Assembly (NCBI RefSeq): GCF_964355755.1
Contig: NC_092676.1
Coordinates: 25,500,871 to 25,564,870 of the forward strand
Direction: 5' to 3'
Origin: Antedon mediterranea
Taxonomy: Eukaryota; Animalia; Echinodermata
DNA length: 64,000 nt
Shown in pieces: positions 12,571 through 23,657 of the stretch. Below the pieces are notes generated by a model. The model did no database searches, was not told the DNA's origin, and saw nothing but the letters and a program-made list of their open reading frames with translations. Both the position numbers and the translations under genes were made by a program. Position 1 is the first letter of the stretch, and every line of letters begins with the position of its first letter.

Positions 12571-14615
12571 TATAATTATATATATAATATATAAATGTTT
12601 ACCGCCCACCATATTATCTACTAACTTTTATTTTACCATTTATCTAATTCAATAATATATATATTATATATATTTTTTTTAATTTTGTTTTCTTTCTCCA
12701 AAATTATATAATCTAACCTAAATCTAAATTAAATAATATAAATAAATAATACAGTACGAAAAATAAGTCTAAATAATATAATAAAAATAGTATCACGTTT
12801 AATTAAATTACAAATAACTATTAAAATTAAATATAATAAGAACAAATAATCATATAACAGTTGCATTTATTTTAATAACAACAGTATATTAAAATTAATT
12901 ATCAATTATATTTTTTAATAACAATAAAGATAATATTCGCTTTAAACTTGAAAATATTAATAATACTGACAACAAAAATAATGATAATAAATAGATAATA
13001 AAATTAACTCCATCATATAGGTCATATAGATTGTTCGATTTGTAAGATTATCTTGTTTTTACTATTTCATTTTACTTGCATAATTCGCTTCTTATTTAAG
13101 ACTTAAATGTCTTTTCTTTGTGTGTTTATATTGCCTTATAAACGTGTGCCGCTGATACAAAAGCGTTTGTTCAATAAAAGTTTTAGGTTTTTAGCATCAT
13201 ACTTATAAAATAATTGTAAACTCGGATCGAATGACCTTTAACAGTCCAATAGGAATATTGTGTAAACATAGCAAACGATAAAGCAAATATCAATACATTA
13301 ACTTTAAAGCAATCTGTCTTTGAACTCAGTTTATGATTACAAATGGATTGTTTCAAAAATTTACCAAAAAAAGATAGGCCTAATTTGATGATTGGAGTGT
13401 TGGTTTTCTTGCTAATCATTTTATATGTATTTGTCAAACGTTCCGCCTACTAATAGTAAATATATTGGTTTGCTTTTGGACTCATTAGGTTCATAGTTAC
13501 CACCTTTATAAAGAGTATCTGACTAAACAAAAAAGGTAGATGAAACTCCCTAAAAACAAAATGTTAAATATAACGTTGAGAGGAATACGGTGTGAGTAAA
13601 AGAAACTAGATTTAATTCATCCCTATGACGAATTATAAGTTATATGCATTGATTTAAATAAGGATAATTTAATTTTTAAAAGATAGTAATTCATTGATTT
13701 TGTCAGAATTTATAATTAGTAAAGAAAGATAAAATCTTGTTGCCGCAAACTCTGAACATCGAGCCACAATACACAACCAGAGATCCTTCCGCGTACGTCG
13801 TAAACAATTATGCATATAGATAATTACAATAATGAAAACATAAATCACTTTTCTCAAAATTTCATTATAAATCATACGTATAACTTATGCACTAAAAAAT
13901 CAAATTGAACAAATGCGGATATAAAACAAAATATTTATTCGTAAACGCGATCTCGGTACCACGAATATTATTAGACGTGATCAATTTGGAATATTGACAT
14001 TCATTAGAATTTAAAAAATGTCTACTTTGTACACCAATGTATCATATATAATAATTGTCATAGTATGTCTAAAACAAGCACAATTCCATTCATTCGGTTG
14101 TCACTCGTGACTTCATCTCCTGCAATACATGACTAATGTAAAATAATTCATCAATTATTAATAAACAATACAATATCAGTATTACTTTTTGGTACTAGAG
14201 GTCAAATGAAAATAAGATCGAATTGTTTACCTTACCTTACCCTTTGTACGCCAAAATTGTACAAGATATCTACAAATTAGGCTTTACAAATAAATTTTAA
14301 AAATGGAGGTCCCCTTTTATTCCGAGAAGCTTTAAGAGATTTAAAAATGGCATGTTTACACAAATAATTGTTTATCGTGACGTGGAAATTTGAAGAAAAC
14401 AATCTAACTGTATCAGCTTTATAAAGCAAGTTTTTATTATGTGAATAATATTTAAAAAAATGTGAGATTGAATGTGCTTAGATAATAGGTACACAAAATC
14501 TGTACGTAAGAGAAAGATCTGCCGACATTCAGAAAATAGAAATTGAGAATAGGAAGTCTGGTGATAGCTTTTGCAATGTGAAATTTCATTACTTGCAGAT
14601 GAATCATACATATAT

Positions 14616-15516
14616 TCACCAATTGAAATTTATACTATCTATATCTTCATAACTTAGGCCTAGATAATAATAAAACGGTATTCCGTTGTTTCCTCTATCT
14701 CCTGCAGCTTCACCCTCCTCATCCTGCTGCTGCTCTTCTTCTTCACCCTGCTGCTCCTCTTCACCATCCTGCTGCTGCTCCTCCTCACCCTCCTCTGGTT
14801 GATGAACAGAATGAAGATGAATGAATGATGTCCAGACAATTTCTGTCAACCGATTTCGTCTTCGGAATGGATTCATTAGTGCTAAAAACTTTGTTTTAAT
14901 CCCCTTTCTGTTTTTCTTTTTTATTCTTATTTTAAGATTTGTTATTGTCTTAGCTCGAGCCTTTAAATCTCTTTCAACACTGGATACTTCTGTAATCCTT
15001 TGTGTAAGCGTACTTTCAAGATTTTGTAGTTGTTGAGTAACGTTTTGTAATTCATTTTTTAGTTCGTCCCTCGTTCTTGCAAGGTCTTCAATTTGTATAG
15101 CTCGGGCATCTGAATTTGTCATCATCTCATCCATCATTAATTTAATTTCATTTAGGCCTTGTTCATTTTCTACCTTGTTAAGAGCATCTTTCAGTCTTTC
15201 AATGTTCATGTTGTTTCTAGTAAAAGTTCGCCCTGATTTCTATAGCTTTAATCAAGCATTCCTTAGCGTTATTAACCAAAAAATCGGGTGGAAGTTCTTC
15301 TAAACCATTCATTGGAATTTGGGTTTCCCTTCTACACAAAGCACATTCAATTGTGAATTCATTAGGGTCCTCTCTACATTCTTCATATTGAATTATGCAT
15401 TTTAAGCAAAACGAGTGTCCACACAAAAGACGTTTAGGCTGTTCCATTTGCTCCAAACACATTTTACATTGAGTAATCTCCTTTAAAAATGTAATTGGGT
15501 CGTCTGGCTCTGCCAT
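14616..15516 (-). pseudogene. RING-coiled-coil gene A, unit 1 copy, frameshifted
   Basis: Split into 99-aa and 197-aa ORFs by one extra base at ~15237-15239 (CCCTGATTTCTATAG vs CCCTGATTCTATAG in the intact copies). Confidence 0.85.
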
Positions 15517-16074
15517 GTTGTACTTACTTACGATTTAAACTTTTAGCCCTTATATAATAACTTTATAGGGAGCTGACCTGCTTTCTTCGGTAAAAACAGT
15601 AACCAGTCAAATTGATTAACGGACAACCACGTTTCGTACGTCTCACCACGTTTCAATACAGTTTAATTATTCTGTGTTATTTCCACCACGATACATTTCC
15701 GCGCCTATATTTTGTAAGCATCAGTTTAGGTATCAGTTCGTAGACAAAGATTGTCATCTAGAATAAACAAGGTCTTCCTTTTATTTATTATCAATGATGT
15801 GATTATTTATCAAAAGACAAAACTTATCTGTTACTGTCCATCGGTTTCCTACCCTAAAAAACTTTCCATCGGGTAAATCCACTTGAATGTTGGATATTTG
15901 AAGATGAATATGCGTCTTTTAAACACCCCCATTTGTAATGGGTTCGTCGGTGCATGTCATTTCGTGAGTGGCTGGCCGCCACAACAATAAAACAGGTCAG
16001 ATAAAAGATCTCTGAATACAATTTTCGGCATCGATTATTGTTTTCGACTTTCGACAATTCATTTTCACGTCAAA
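15517..16074. promoter_or_regulatory. Putative bidirectional promoter between genes A and B (copies at 30699-31256, 47251-47808, 62258-62815)
   Basis: 558-bp spacer between divergent ATGs, same length in all units, CpG-enriched relative to flanks, minus-strand TATATAAG at ~15549-15556. Confidence 0.6.
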
Positions 16075-17202
16075 ATGTCAACATACGCGGATTCGGAGGA
16101 ATTGGTTAGATTTTCTACAATATGTTCAATGTGCCGTGAAACAAAGGTAGATCCCAGACTTCTTGAATGTGGTCATTCGTTTTGCTGTAATTGTTTAGAT
16201 CAGAAACATAAAACCATGCAAAAGGCGAGTAAATCATTCTTTGCTGTCGATACTAACATAAGGTGTGTTGTTTGTCACAGTTCAAGTATAATTCCTAAAA
16301 AGGGTGCTAAGGAACTTCAACAGCCTAATTTGGTTGCTACCGCAACTGAATGTTTTAATATAGCTCAGCAAAATGCATTCATTTTTGTTAAACCTCCAGC
16401 ATGCAGAAACCCTCTTCATAAAGATGTCTTGTGGTGTGAAACATGCATGGTTTACATATGCAGTAGGTGTTCACATAGGCCTAGGCGAGAAGATCATAAT
16501 CAGTACTGCCACTTTAGTTCAAATATCGATTTCTTAGAGGCCCATGAAAAGGTGAAACAAAGAATACGCAAAATTGAAAGAGAAAATAAACTATTAAAAG
16601 AGTCCAATGAATCAATAGGACAAGAAAATGAACAAAGGGCCAGGCAACAAGTACAAGAACTTCAACGATTGAAAACACAGAGCGACAGTGACTTACAAAT
16701 GGCCAGGCAACAAGTACAAGAACTTCAACGATTGAAAACACAGAGCGATAGTCACTTACAAATGGCCAGGCAACAAGTACAAGAACTTCAACAATTGAAT
16801 GAACAAACCGAGAGTGACTTTAAAAACGCTTATGAAAGAATACAACATGTTGATTTAACGTTGGAACAAGTAAACCAGCTTAGAGACAATTCTGAAACAC
16901 AAACTAGAGACATACACGATCTTGAACAAATAAAAGAACAAAACAACAGTGTAGTACAAAACGTAAAACAAAAAATAGAAGATCTTGAAAGTAAGATGGA
17001 AGAAATTAACCTGAAAACTTCCAGTCTTAAAGAAGATTCTGATGCCCAAAATAAAAATTTAGAAATTCTTGAAAGAAAGCAAGAACAAATTGAATTACAA
17101 GAGCACACTCAAAAAAGAAAAAAGAAAATAAATGTTTTTTCTGGAGCGAGAAATCGATTCCGAAGACGAAGACATAATTCTTTCGATGATTTCGTTTGGT
17201 GA
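16075..17202 (+). CDS. RING-B-box-like-coiled-coil gene B (truncated TRIM), 375 aa, unit 1
   Basis: CSMC..PRLLECGHSFCCNC..CVVC RING; B-box-like C..H..WCETCMVYICSRC..H..H; long coiled coil; basic C-terminus; CAAAATG start context; AATAAA at ~17368. Confidence 0.88.
   Translation: MSTYADSEELVRFSTICSMCRETKVDPRLLECGHSFCCNCLDQKHKTMQKASKSFFAVDTNIRCVVCHSSSIIPKKGAKELQQPNLVATATECFNIAQQNAFIFVKPPACRNPLHKDVLWCETCMVYICSRCSHRPRREDHNQYCHFSSNIDFLEAHEKVKQRIRKIERENKLLKESNESIGQENEQRARQQVQELQRLKTQSDSDLQMARQQVQELQRLKTQSDSHLQMARQQVQELQQLNEQTESDFKNAYERIQHVDLTLEQVNQLRDNSETQTRDIHDLEQIKEQNNSVVQNVKQKIEDLESKMEEINLKTSSLKEDSDAQNKNLEILERKQEQIELQEHTQKRKKKINVFSGARNRFRRRRHNSFDDFVW
16639..16820 (+). repeat. 63-bp (21-aa) coding tandem repeat, ~2.8 copies, in the gene B coiled coil
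   Basis: GCCAGGCAACAAGTACAAGAACTTCAAC at 16639, 16702 and 16765 (ARQQVQELQRLKTQSDSDLQM). Confidence 0.9.
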
Positions 17203-17796
17203 AGACAGCTTGTGCGGCAAGATGCGGAGCAATCAAAACTCAAACAGTAGCCTACATTGTATTACAAATTCACGTGTAGATCTCAGTAAATTATCACATT
17301 TTGTAAATTTCAGAACAAACAATTTAGGTTCTTTGGATTTTTAGGCCATAATGTTGAGTAAATGAGTAAATAAAGTAATAAACTCCCAATTCTAAACTTG
17401 TTTTCAAGATTTAATGTAACATTATCGGAGTTTAATAATCAAATCTAGCTAAACCATGTACGCCTACAGTTGTTTTTTTTTTTTTTCAGTCTTTTTGCAA
17501 TTGTGTGAGCTGGGACAAATATTTATTAGAAAGTCGATTGATTAAATATGTATAATTTAGTTAAATTGAAGTTTCCATGTTGTTTGTAATAATTGGAAGC
17601 TACAATTACGTTGTTAGTATTCTTTTAAATACGATGTCAGCAGACGTTTTATTGTTGTTGTTTCCGGCGCGGAAAATATGGGTGCACACTGAAAGGCGGA
17701 AAAAACGATGGCAGCTCATTATTTCACTTTTTAAACAATACAAAAATGTATAATTACAAACATCATGTAGACCTTTCTTTTAAAACTATTTATCAA

Positions 17797-17998
17797 TGTT
17801 GTTGATTCGTCTATTTGTTTTTAAAATATTTTTATATAGTTTATTTTATATCATTGTTGTTACTTTGAGAGTACGGAACCTGTACTCTTGTTATAGTGAT
17901 TAGGTTCACTTTTAGGTTCCTGCCTACTCCCTTAGTTTCTGTGTTTTTTTTGTTTGTAACTGGTTTTTGGCAATAAATAATAATAATAAAAATAATAA
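17797..17998 (+). mobile_element. Unit-1-specific LINE 3'-end fragment
   Basis: Absent from units 2/3 (TATCAA|GAGTAAAAG); T-rich, stem-loop-like segment, ends AATAAA(TAA)n. Confidence 0.6.
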
Positions 17999-19394
17999 GA
18001 GTAAAAGAAATTAGAAATGTTAGGATATTTTTTTGTTTAACGAAAATGTCGGTAGGAAATTGTATTTTATCGGAAGATTATTCAAAATAAGTAAGGTATG
18101 CTTTTCAATCAAATTTTAGAATTAATAAATTGATACTCAACTGTATATGAAGATAACTTTTATTGACTATTATATTCCTTTTTCTCTGTGTTAGTTTCAA
18201 CATCTTGCAAGCATGTCATCGTATGAGTATTAACTAATAAATTAAATTTAACCCCATTATAGATAAGCCGATAGTTTGAATTAATCACGAGGCATATACT
18301 GACAGTATTAATTCGTAATTAATTTCTGTAATTTTTGGAAAGTGCCATTAAACGTTAGAGTTAAATCAATTAACCCATATCAGGATTACTGTACATTGGT
18401 CCAATTGTTTTTTCCCCATTAGACTGCACGCATCCGTACTGGGGTATCAAAATGACTGTAATTGCACTGGAAATGTTTAAAGTTTAAAACATTATCCGCC
18501 ATCCCTGGAAGGAGGTTGGAGGGTTTGGGTGGGGGAGTAATGGCGTTTCAAAATTACCGGAATCAGTATACGAATGTTTTAAATACATTGAAAACTGCCA
18601 GGGAGAGGTTGTGGGTTGTGACGGTAATGGAGTATCAACATCGCCAGAATTACTCTGAATTTGTTTACAGTTGTCCAGGTAAGCTGAAATTTTTTTCTCT
18701 ATAGGCCCGTGTATGGCCGCAAATCGCATTTCCGGCTAATCTCTTTTGTTTATGAACTATATAATTTGGTATAATTTCCTGTCCGATTTAGTTGGGAAAC
18801 GGAAACTCATAGTCCCAAAGTCGTCATTTCATAAATCTTACTTTGTATAAAAGTACTATGTGGTTTATTCGAGTATAATGTGCATATTCATTATAATTGA
18901 ACCTAACGATATTGCAACAAGTGATCTATAAATTGTGAACTTGCCGGTACTGTCAACAGATAAAGTGATAAAATGTCTAGATTAAAAACTAATGGCGTCA
19001 ATTATGATTTCGCTTTTGATTAGGTTTAATCACAAACTATAATGTTTGTGACTTCGTAAGAATTTACAAAGTTAAGTTGTGTTCAGGCCCACCATCGGAA
19101 ACTCACAAGACAAACATATACACAAGATGCTCTACATAAACAAAGTCTTATTACAAGTCTTTGGGAGTGGAGTTTGTCCTTAGAAAAAATCCTGACATGT
19201 GACGGGACTTGAACCCAGGACCTTTGGAGTGTTTGTTTTTTGTTTGATTGTTTGTTTTATTGTTTGTTGTCCATGGTCAATATCTCATTGCTATGAGAAT
19301 GTACATGTAATTTCCAGACCATATGCACTGATTATTAGTATGTACCTAACTGTGTTCGTAGGGAGTACAAATAAATGAATGTTTATGATTTTTG

Positions 19395-20125
19395 AATAGG
19401 AAGTGTGCTCCACGAAAAAATGTTTGTACCAGCTATAGGTTAAATGTCAAAAATAAGGTGTTTTTAAACATTTTGTGTATTTCTGTTGTATTAGAGCAAA
19501 TATGATTATATATATTGCGAGAAATTTGAGACTAAAATTATAACTTTCTGACTAGTGATTGCTGAGATATTGATTTGGCTATTTTCTTGACCAATGGTCA
19601 AAAATAAAGTTTCACAGTCATTTTTGGCAAAAGTTGTCCATTAAAAGGAATAGAAATATGTATATTCTGAGTATTTTGACACCAACTATGACCATATCCA
19701 CCCACAAATTTCTGAGATATGAAAAGTGTGCTCCAAGCCAAAAATATTTTTGCCGGCTATATGTCAAAGGTCAAAATTAAGGGTTTATTGACAGTTTTAT
19801 GATTTTTATTACATTAGATCAAATATAAACATATACTTTGCGAGTAATTTGAGACCACAATTATCACTTTCTGACCACTGGTTGCTGAGATATTTATATG
19901 GCCAATTTATTGATCAGTGGTCAGAAAAAGGGTTTCTGTCCACTTTTGGCAAAAGTTTGCCATTAGATTGAATAGAAATATGGGTCTTCTGAGTAATTTG
20001 GTACAAAAAATATTCCAATACACCCAGTAGTTAGACCAAGTTACGCAAAGTCTTAACTTTGACCATATTGACCTTTTGGCCCTTGTACTGACCGAGCATC
20101 CCAATTTTTTTTCGACCAACAGCAA
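19395..20125. repeat. Degenerate repeat with ~325-bp internal duplication and short inverted repeats (probable DNA-transposon remnant; copies ~34606-35330, ~51157-51880)
   Basis: AAGTGTGCTCCA..GTCAAAA..GAGA(C)..TTATxACTTTCTGAC..GCTGAGATATT occurs twice; inverted pair TTTCTGACCACTG / CAGTGGTCAGAAA. Confidence 0.5.
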
Positions 20126-20278
20126 AAAATTGATTTGTATTGATATAAGGAAGCAAAAAAACATTGTTGGCATAGTTTGCTAGAGGGTGCAGGTAAACCC
20201 CTTATGGCTCCCCAACTATACGTAGGTCGCACAACAGCATCTTGATACTACTGTACTTTATTCCTCTCTTTAAAGTGT

Positions 20279-20558
20279 TTTTTCTGTTCTTTTTTTTTAT
20301 TTTTTATTCCAACTTTTATCTACTGGTTTTATATATATTTTGTATTTCTTTATTGTCTAATTAATTTATTTTCTTTATTTATATATTTTTTTTTTTTTTC
20401 TTCTCTTATTTAAATATTTTGTAAAGGCAATCCCGTCACAAGATTGTAATCTTTTTGGGATTTGCCTTCGTCCATTTTCTTGTTTTATCACTTGCCATTT
20501 TGTTTATGTTACTTTTGTCTTTTGGACGTGAATAAATGTTCCTTGAATTGAATTGAAA
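20279..20558 (+). mobile_element. Unit-1-specific LINE 3'-end fragment replacing ~150 bp
   Basis: T-rich, hairpin AAGGCAATCCC...GGGATTTGCCTT, AATAAA, (TTGAA)3 tail; replaces sequence present at ~35487-35634. Confidence 0.7.
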
Positions 20559-21109
20559 AATAATAAATTTGAAGAAATATCTCAATTTGGCAAACAAATA
20601 TTGAAAGTCCTCCCTAAATGTTTAACGGTAAACAATGATATTCTTATACGTAGCAGAGGCACACAGTGTTTTTAATTTCGATATTGACGATGGTAACCTT
20701 CTGGGTAAGATAGGTTCAAAGGGTAGTGAAGAAGGACAACTGTATATTCCACAATATGTCACCCTAATAAGGGAAGGTAATTTAATGATTACTGAGTCTG
20801 GTAATAATAGAATACAACTGTTTGATGCAAATGGTACGTATTTAGAAACACATATTGATCCGGGCGAAGAAGATGGGAAAGTCCTTTGTGTATAGTAATG
20901 GACACGGATGAAAATATAATTGTATCCAGTGCTCATAAACTACAATTATTTGATAAAAAATGGTGTTTTTGTCAAACGAATAGATAATAAAGATGATGGA
21001 ATTTGATGAAATTAAATTTCCATGCGGCATTACAATAATCGCTAATAGACCAAGACGACTGACAATTGCAAACTTAGGAGAAAATAATGTTAAAATATTT
21101 AATTACTAA
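20559..21109 (+). pseudogene. NHL fragment A, unit 1
   Basis: Frameshifted paralog of the 3' part of 7375-8433. Confidence 0.9.
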
Positions 21110-22385
21110 ACAGTATCTTGCTTACTAAATAATTGTAAACACAACTCGAATGATCTCCAAGTGGAATATTCTGTAATCATAGAAAACAATGATACAGAAG
21201 AAAATAACAATTACACTGTAAGATAGCAAATCCCCTTTGAACTTATCCAATGATAGACTATGGTATTTATGGTGCACTCAAAATCATATTGACAATCAAT
21301 CTAGTGTAGCCTACACACTTTATAACCAATGATAAATATTTATTTCTAATTGATAGGTCCATTTTTATATCTTTATTTGTTGTTCTAGATAGTTTATCCG
21401 ATTGTATATAGTTTAATTGTTGTTTTATTAGGATCACGTGAGTAAACACTGCACATTGCAATACAGAATTATAAATTCTTATGAAACAAGTGCATGTTTG
21501 CCGACATCGTGGCAATTTGTTTTGAATTTCAATATTGACTATGGTAAAATTTTGGGAAAATAGGTTCAAAAGGTAAAGGGGCAACTGTATATTGCACAAG
21601 GTGTCACGTGTTTGCCGAACCGCTGCACATATACCATTATAATAAAGTTGAGTATTTGTTCATTCATTTTTTATTGTTCCACATAAAGTAAGAAAAGAAA
21701 ATGATCAAGAAAAAACCTGTCTTTGTTTATTTGTAGAATCTCAACTAAGCCAAAAAGAGCTTTAAGTCTGAGTTTCCAAAAGACATTAAGGGCCTACATT
21801 GTACATGGTAACGTAAAATTGCTTTCTAAAAAAAAAAACAGAAAAGTCAAATAGATTTTATTAGAATATCAATAGAATAGAAAAAGTAAGATATAAATTC
21901 CATTCAGAGTAAACTTATTAACTATCTAATCAATATTAATGGATAAATATTTTTTGTATTTTTTTTTTTCAAAAAGGTTGGTGATGATTTAATATTATAT
22001 CCTTATTTTGTTTTATATATCATCGACATAAAAAAAAGCTTGCATTAAATGATCACGTGAATAAACACTGCAATACCCCACCAGAGGATTTTTTTTATAT
22101 TTTTATCTAATGTTAACAATTTATAACATAAGCACCTATAGTTATTTAAAAGGAGTCAAATAATAAAATATTAGAAACTTGTTCGTATTTTGTTGTCTTT
22201 ATTATTTTACACACTCCAAAATAAGGTTTATTATTTTTTAAAGGCCTATACGGTACCGTATTGTTTCCACCTATTTGGCGACATATACACCATGACATGT
22301 TGATTGTTATGTAGGCAGACAATAAATAATATGTCGATACGATATTATACTTAAGGCTATACTACAAAAAGTCAAACGTTGAAAG

Positions 22386-22800
22386 CTTAAAGGCCAGGTG
22401 CGGGCAAAACATTTCTATTGATCATACATTCCAATAATTATCGATCTATAGTTTCCCCTATGTTTCATAATTTTTTGGGATTTTATTTGTGTTACACGAG
22501 CTTGTTGAAAATAAGCACTTTCTTATCAGTGGGGGGATAGTTCAAATTACACAGTAAAATTTCTATTCTTTTGTACACACATTTTGTAAATAGAGAGGCA
22601 TTTTTTAAAAGCTATGAAAAATAAACGGTGTGGTAAAAAATGTTATCAGATGACTAAATATAGGTAATATAACTTGAATATTACATTTCTGATATTTTTA
22701 TTCAACTTCAGATATTTATTTTCATGCAAAAGCAAAAATTATCCACCGTATATCCCCCATCTTTTTTCACCGTCTAGGGAGTCACAAGACATGTTATTAC
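22386..22800. mobile_element. Possible truncated DNA-transposon end (TTAA|AGG, Kolobok-like)
   Basis: Homology to the 3' flank of the parent NHL gene stops at ~22385, followed by TTAAAGGCCAGGTGC; no second terminus found. Confidence 0.3.
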
Positions 22801-23000
22801 AAAAAATTGATTTGTATTGATATAAGGAAGCAAAAAAACATTGTTGGCATAGTTTGGTAGAGGGTGCAGGTAAACCCCTTCTGGCTCCCCAAATATACGT
22901 AGGTCGCACAATCAGCATCTTGATACTACTGTACTTTATTCCTCTCTTTAAAGTGTAGACCTATAGCTATAGGCCTATGTACTTAATAGCAATGTTAGAT

Positions 23001-23657
23001 AAACATGTCGGCGATATACAAGAATGCTAAGATCAATAGAATGCATAGAATAGATGATGGATGTGTTCTATACAGTGATACACTCACAAAGAGTGTCGTA
23101 ATGTGTAATAATAAATTTGAAGAAATCTCTCAATTTGGGAAACAAATATTGAAAGTCCTCCCTAAATGTTTAACGGTTAACAATGATATTCTTATACGTA
23201 GCAGAGGCACACAGTGTTTTTAATTTCGATATTGACGATGGTAACCTTCTGGGTAAGATAGGTTCAAAAGGTAGTGAAGAAGGACAACTGTATATTCCAC
23301 AATATGTCACCCTAATAAGGGAAGGTAATTTAATGATTACTGAGTCTGGTAATAATAGAATACAACTGTTTGATGCAAATGGTACGTATTTAGAAACACT
23401 TATTGATCCGGGCGAAGAAGATGGGAAAGTCCTTTGTGTATAGTAATGGACACGGATGAAAATATAATTGTATCCAGTGCTCATAAACTACAATTATTTG
23501 ATAAAAAATGGTGTTTTTGTCAAACGAATAGATAATAAAGATGATGGAATTTGATGAAATTAAATTTCCATGCGGCATTACAATAATCGCTAATAGACCA
23601 AGAAGACTGACAATTGCAAACTTAGGAGAAAATAATGTTAAAATATTTAATTACTAA
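23001..23657 (+). pseudogene. NHL fragment B, unit 1
   Basis: Paralog of ~7767-8433 with small deletions and stops. Confidence 0.9.

Noticed and set aside
12570-13100. Extremely AT-rich tract as a special element
   Set aside because: Low-complexity sequence with no defined periodicity or termini
16639-16820. CRISPR-like repeats
   Set aside because: Eukaryotic context; head-to-tail coding repeats without unique spacers
19195-19230. Minus-strand B-box-like GGGTTCAAGTCCC as a tRNA
   Set aside because: Only a short fragment with no A box or cloverleaf; at most a decayed SINE head
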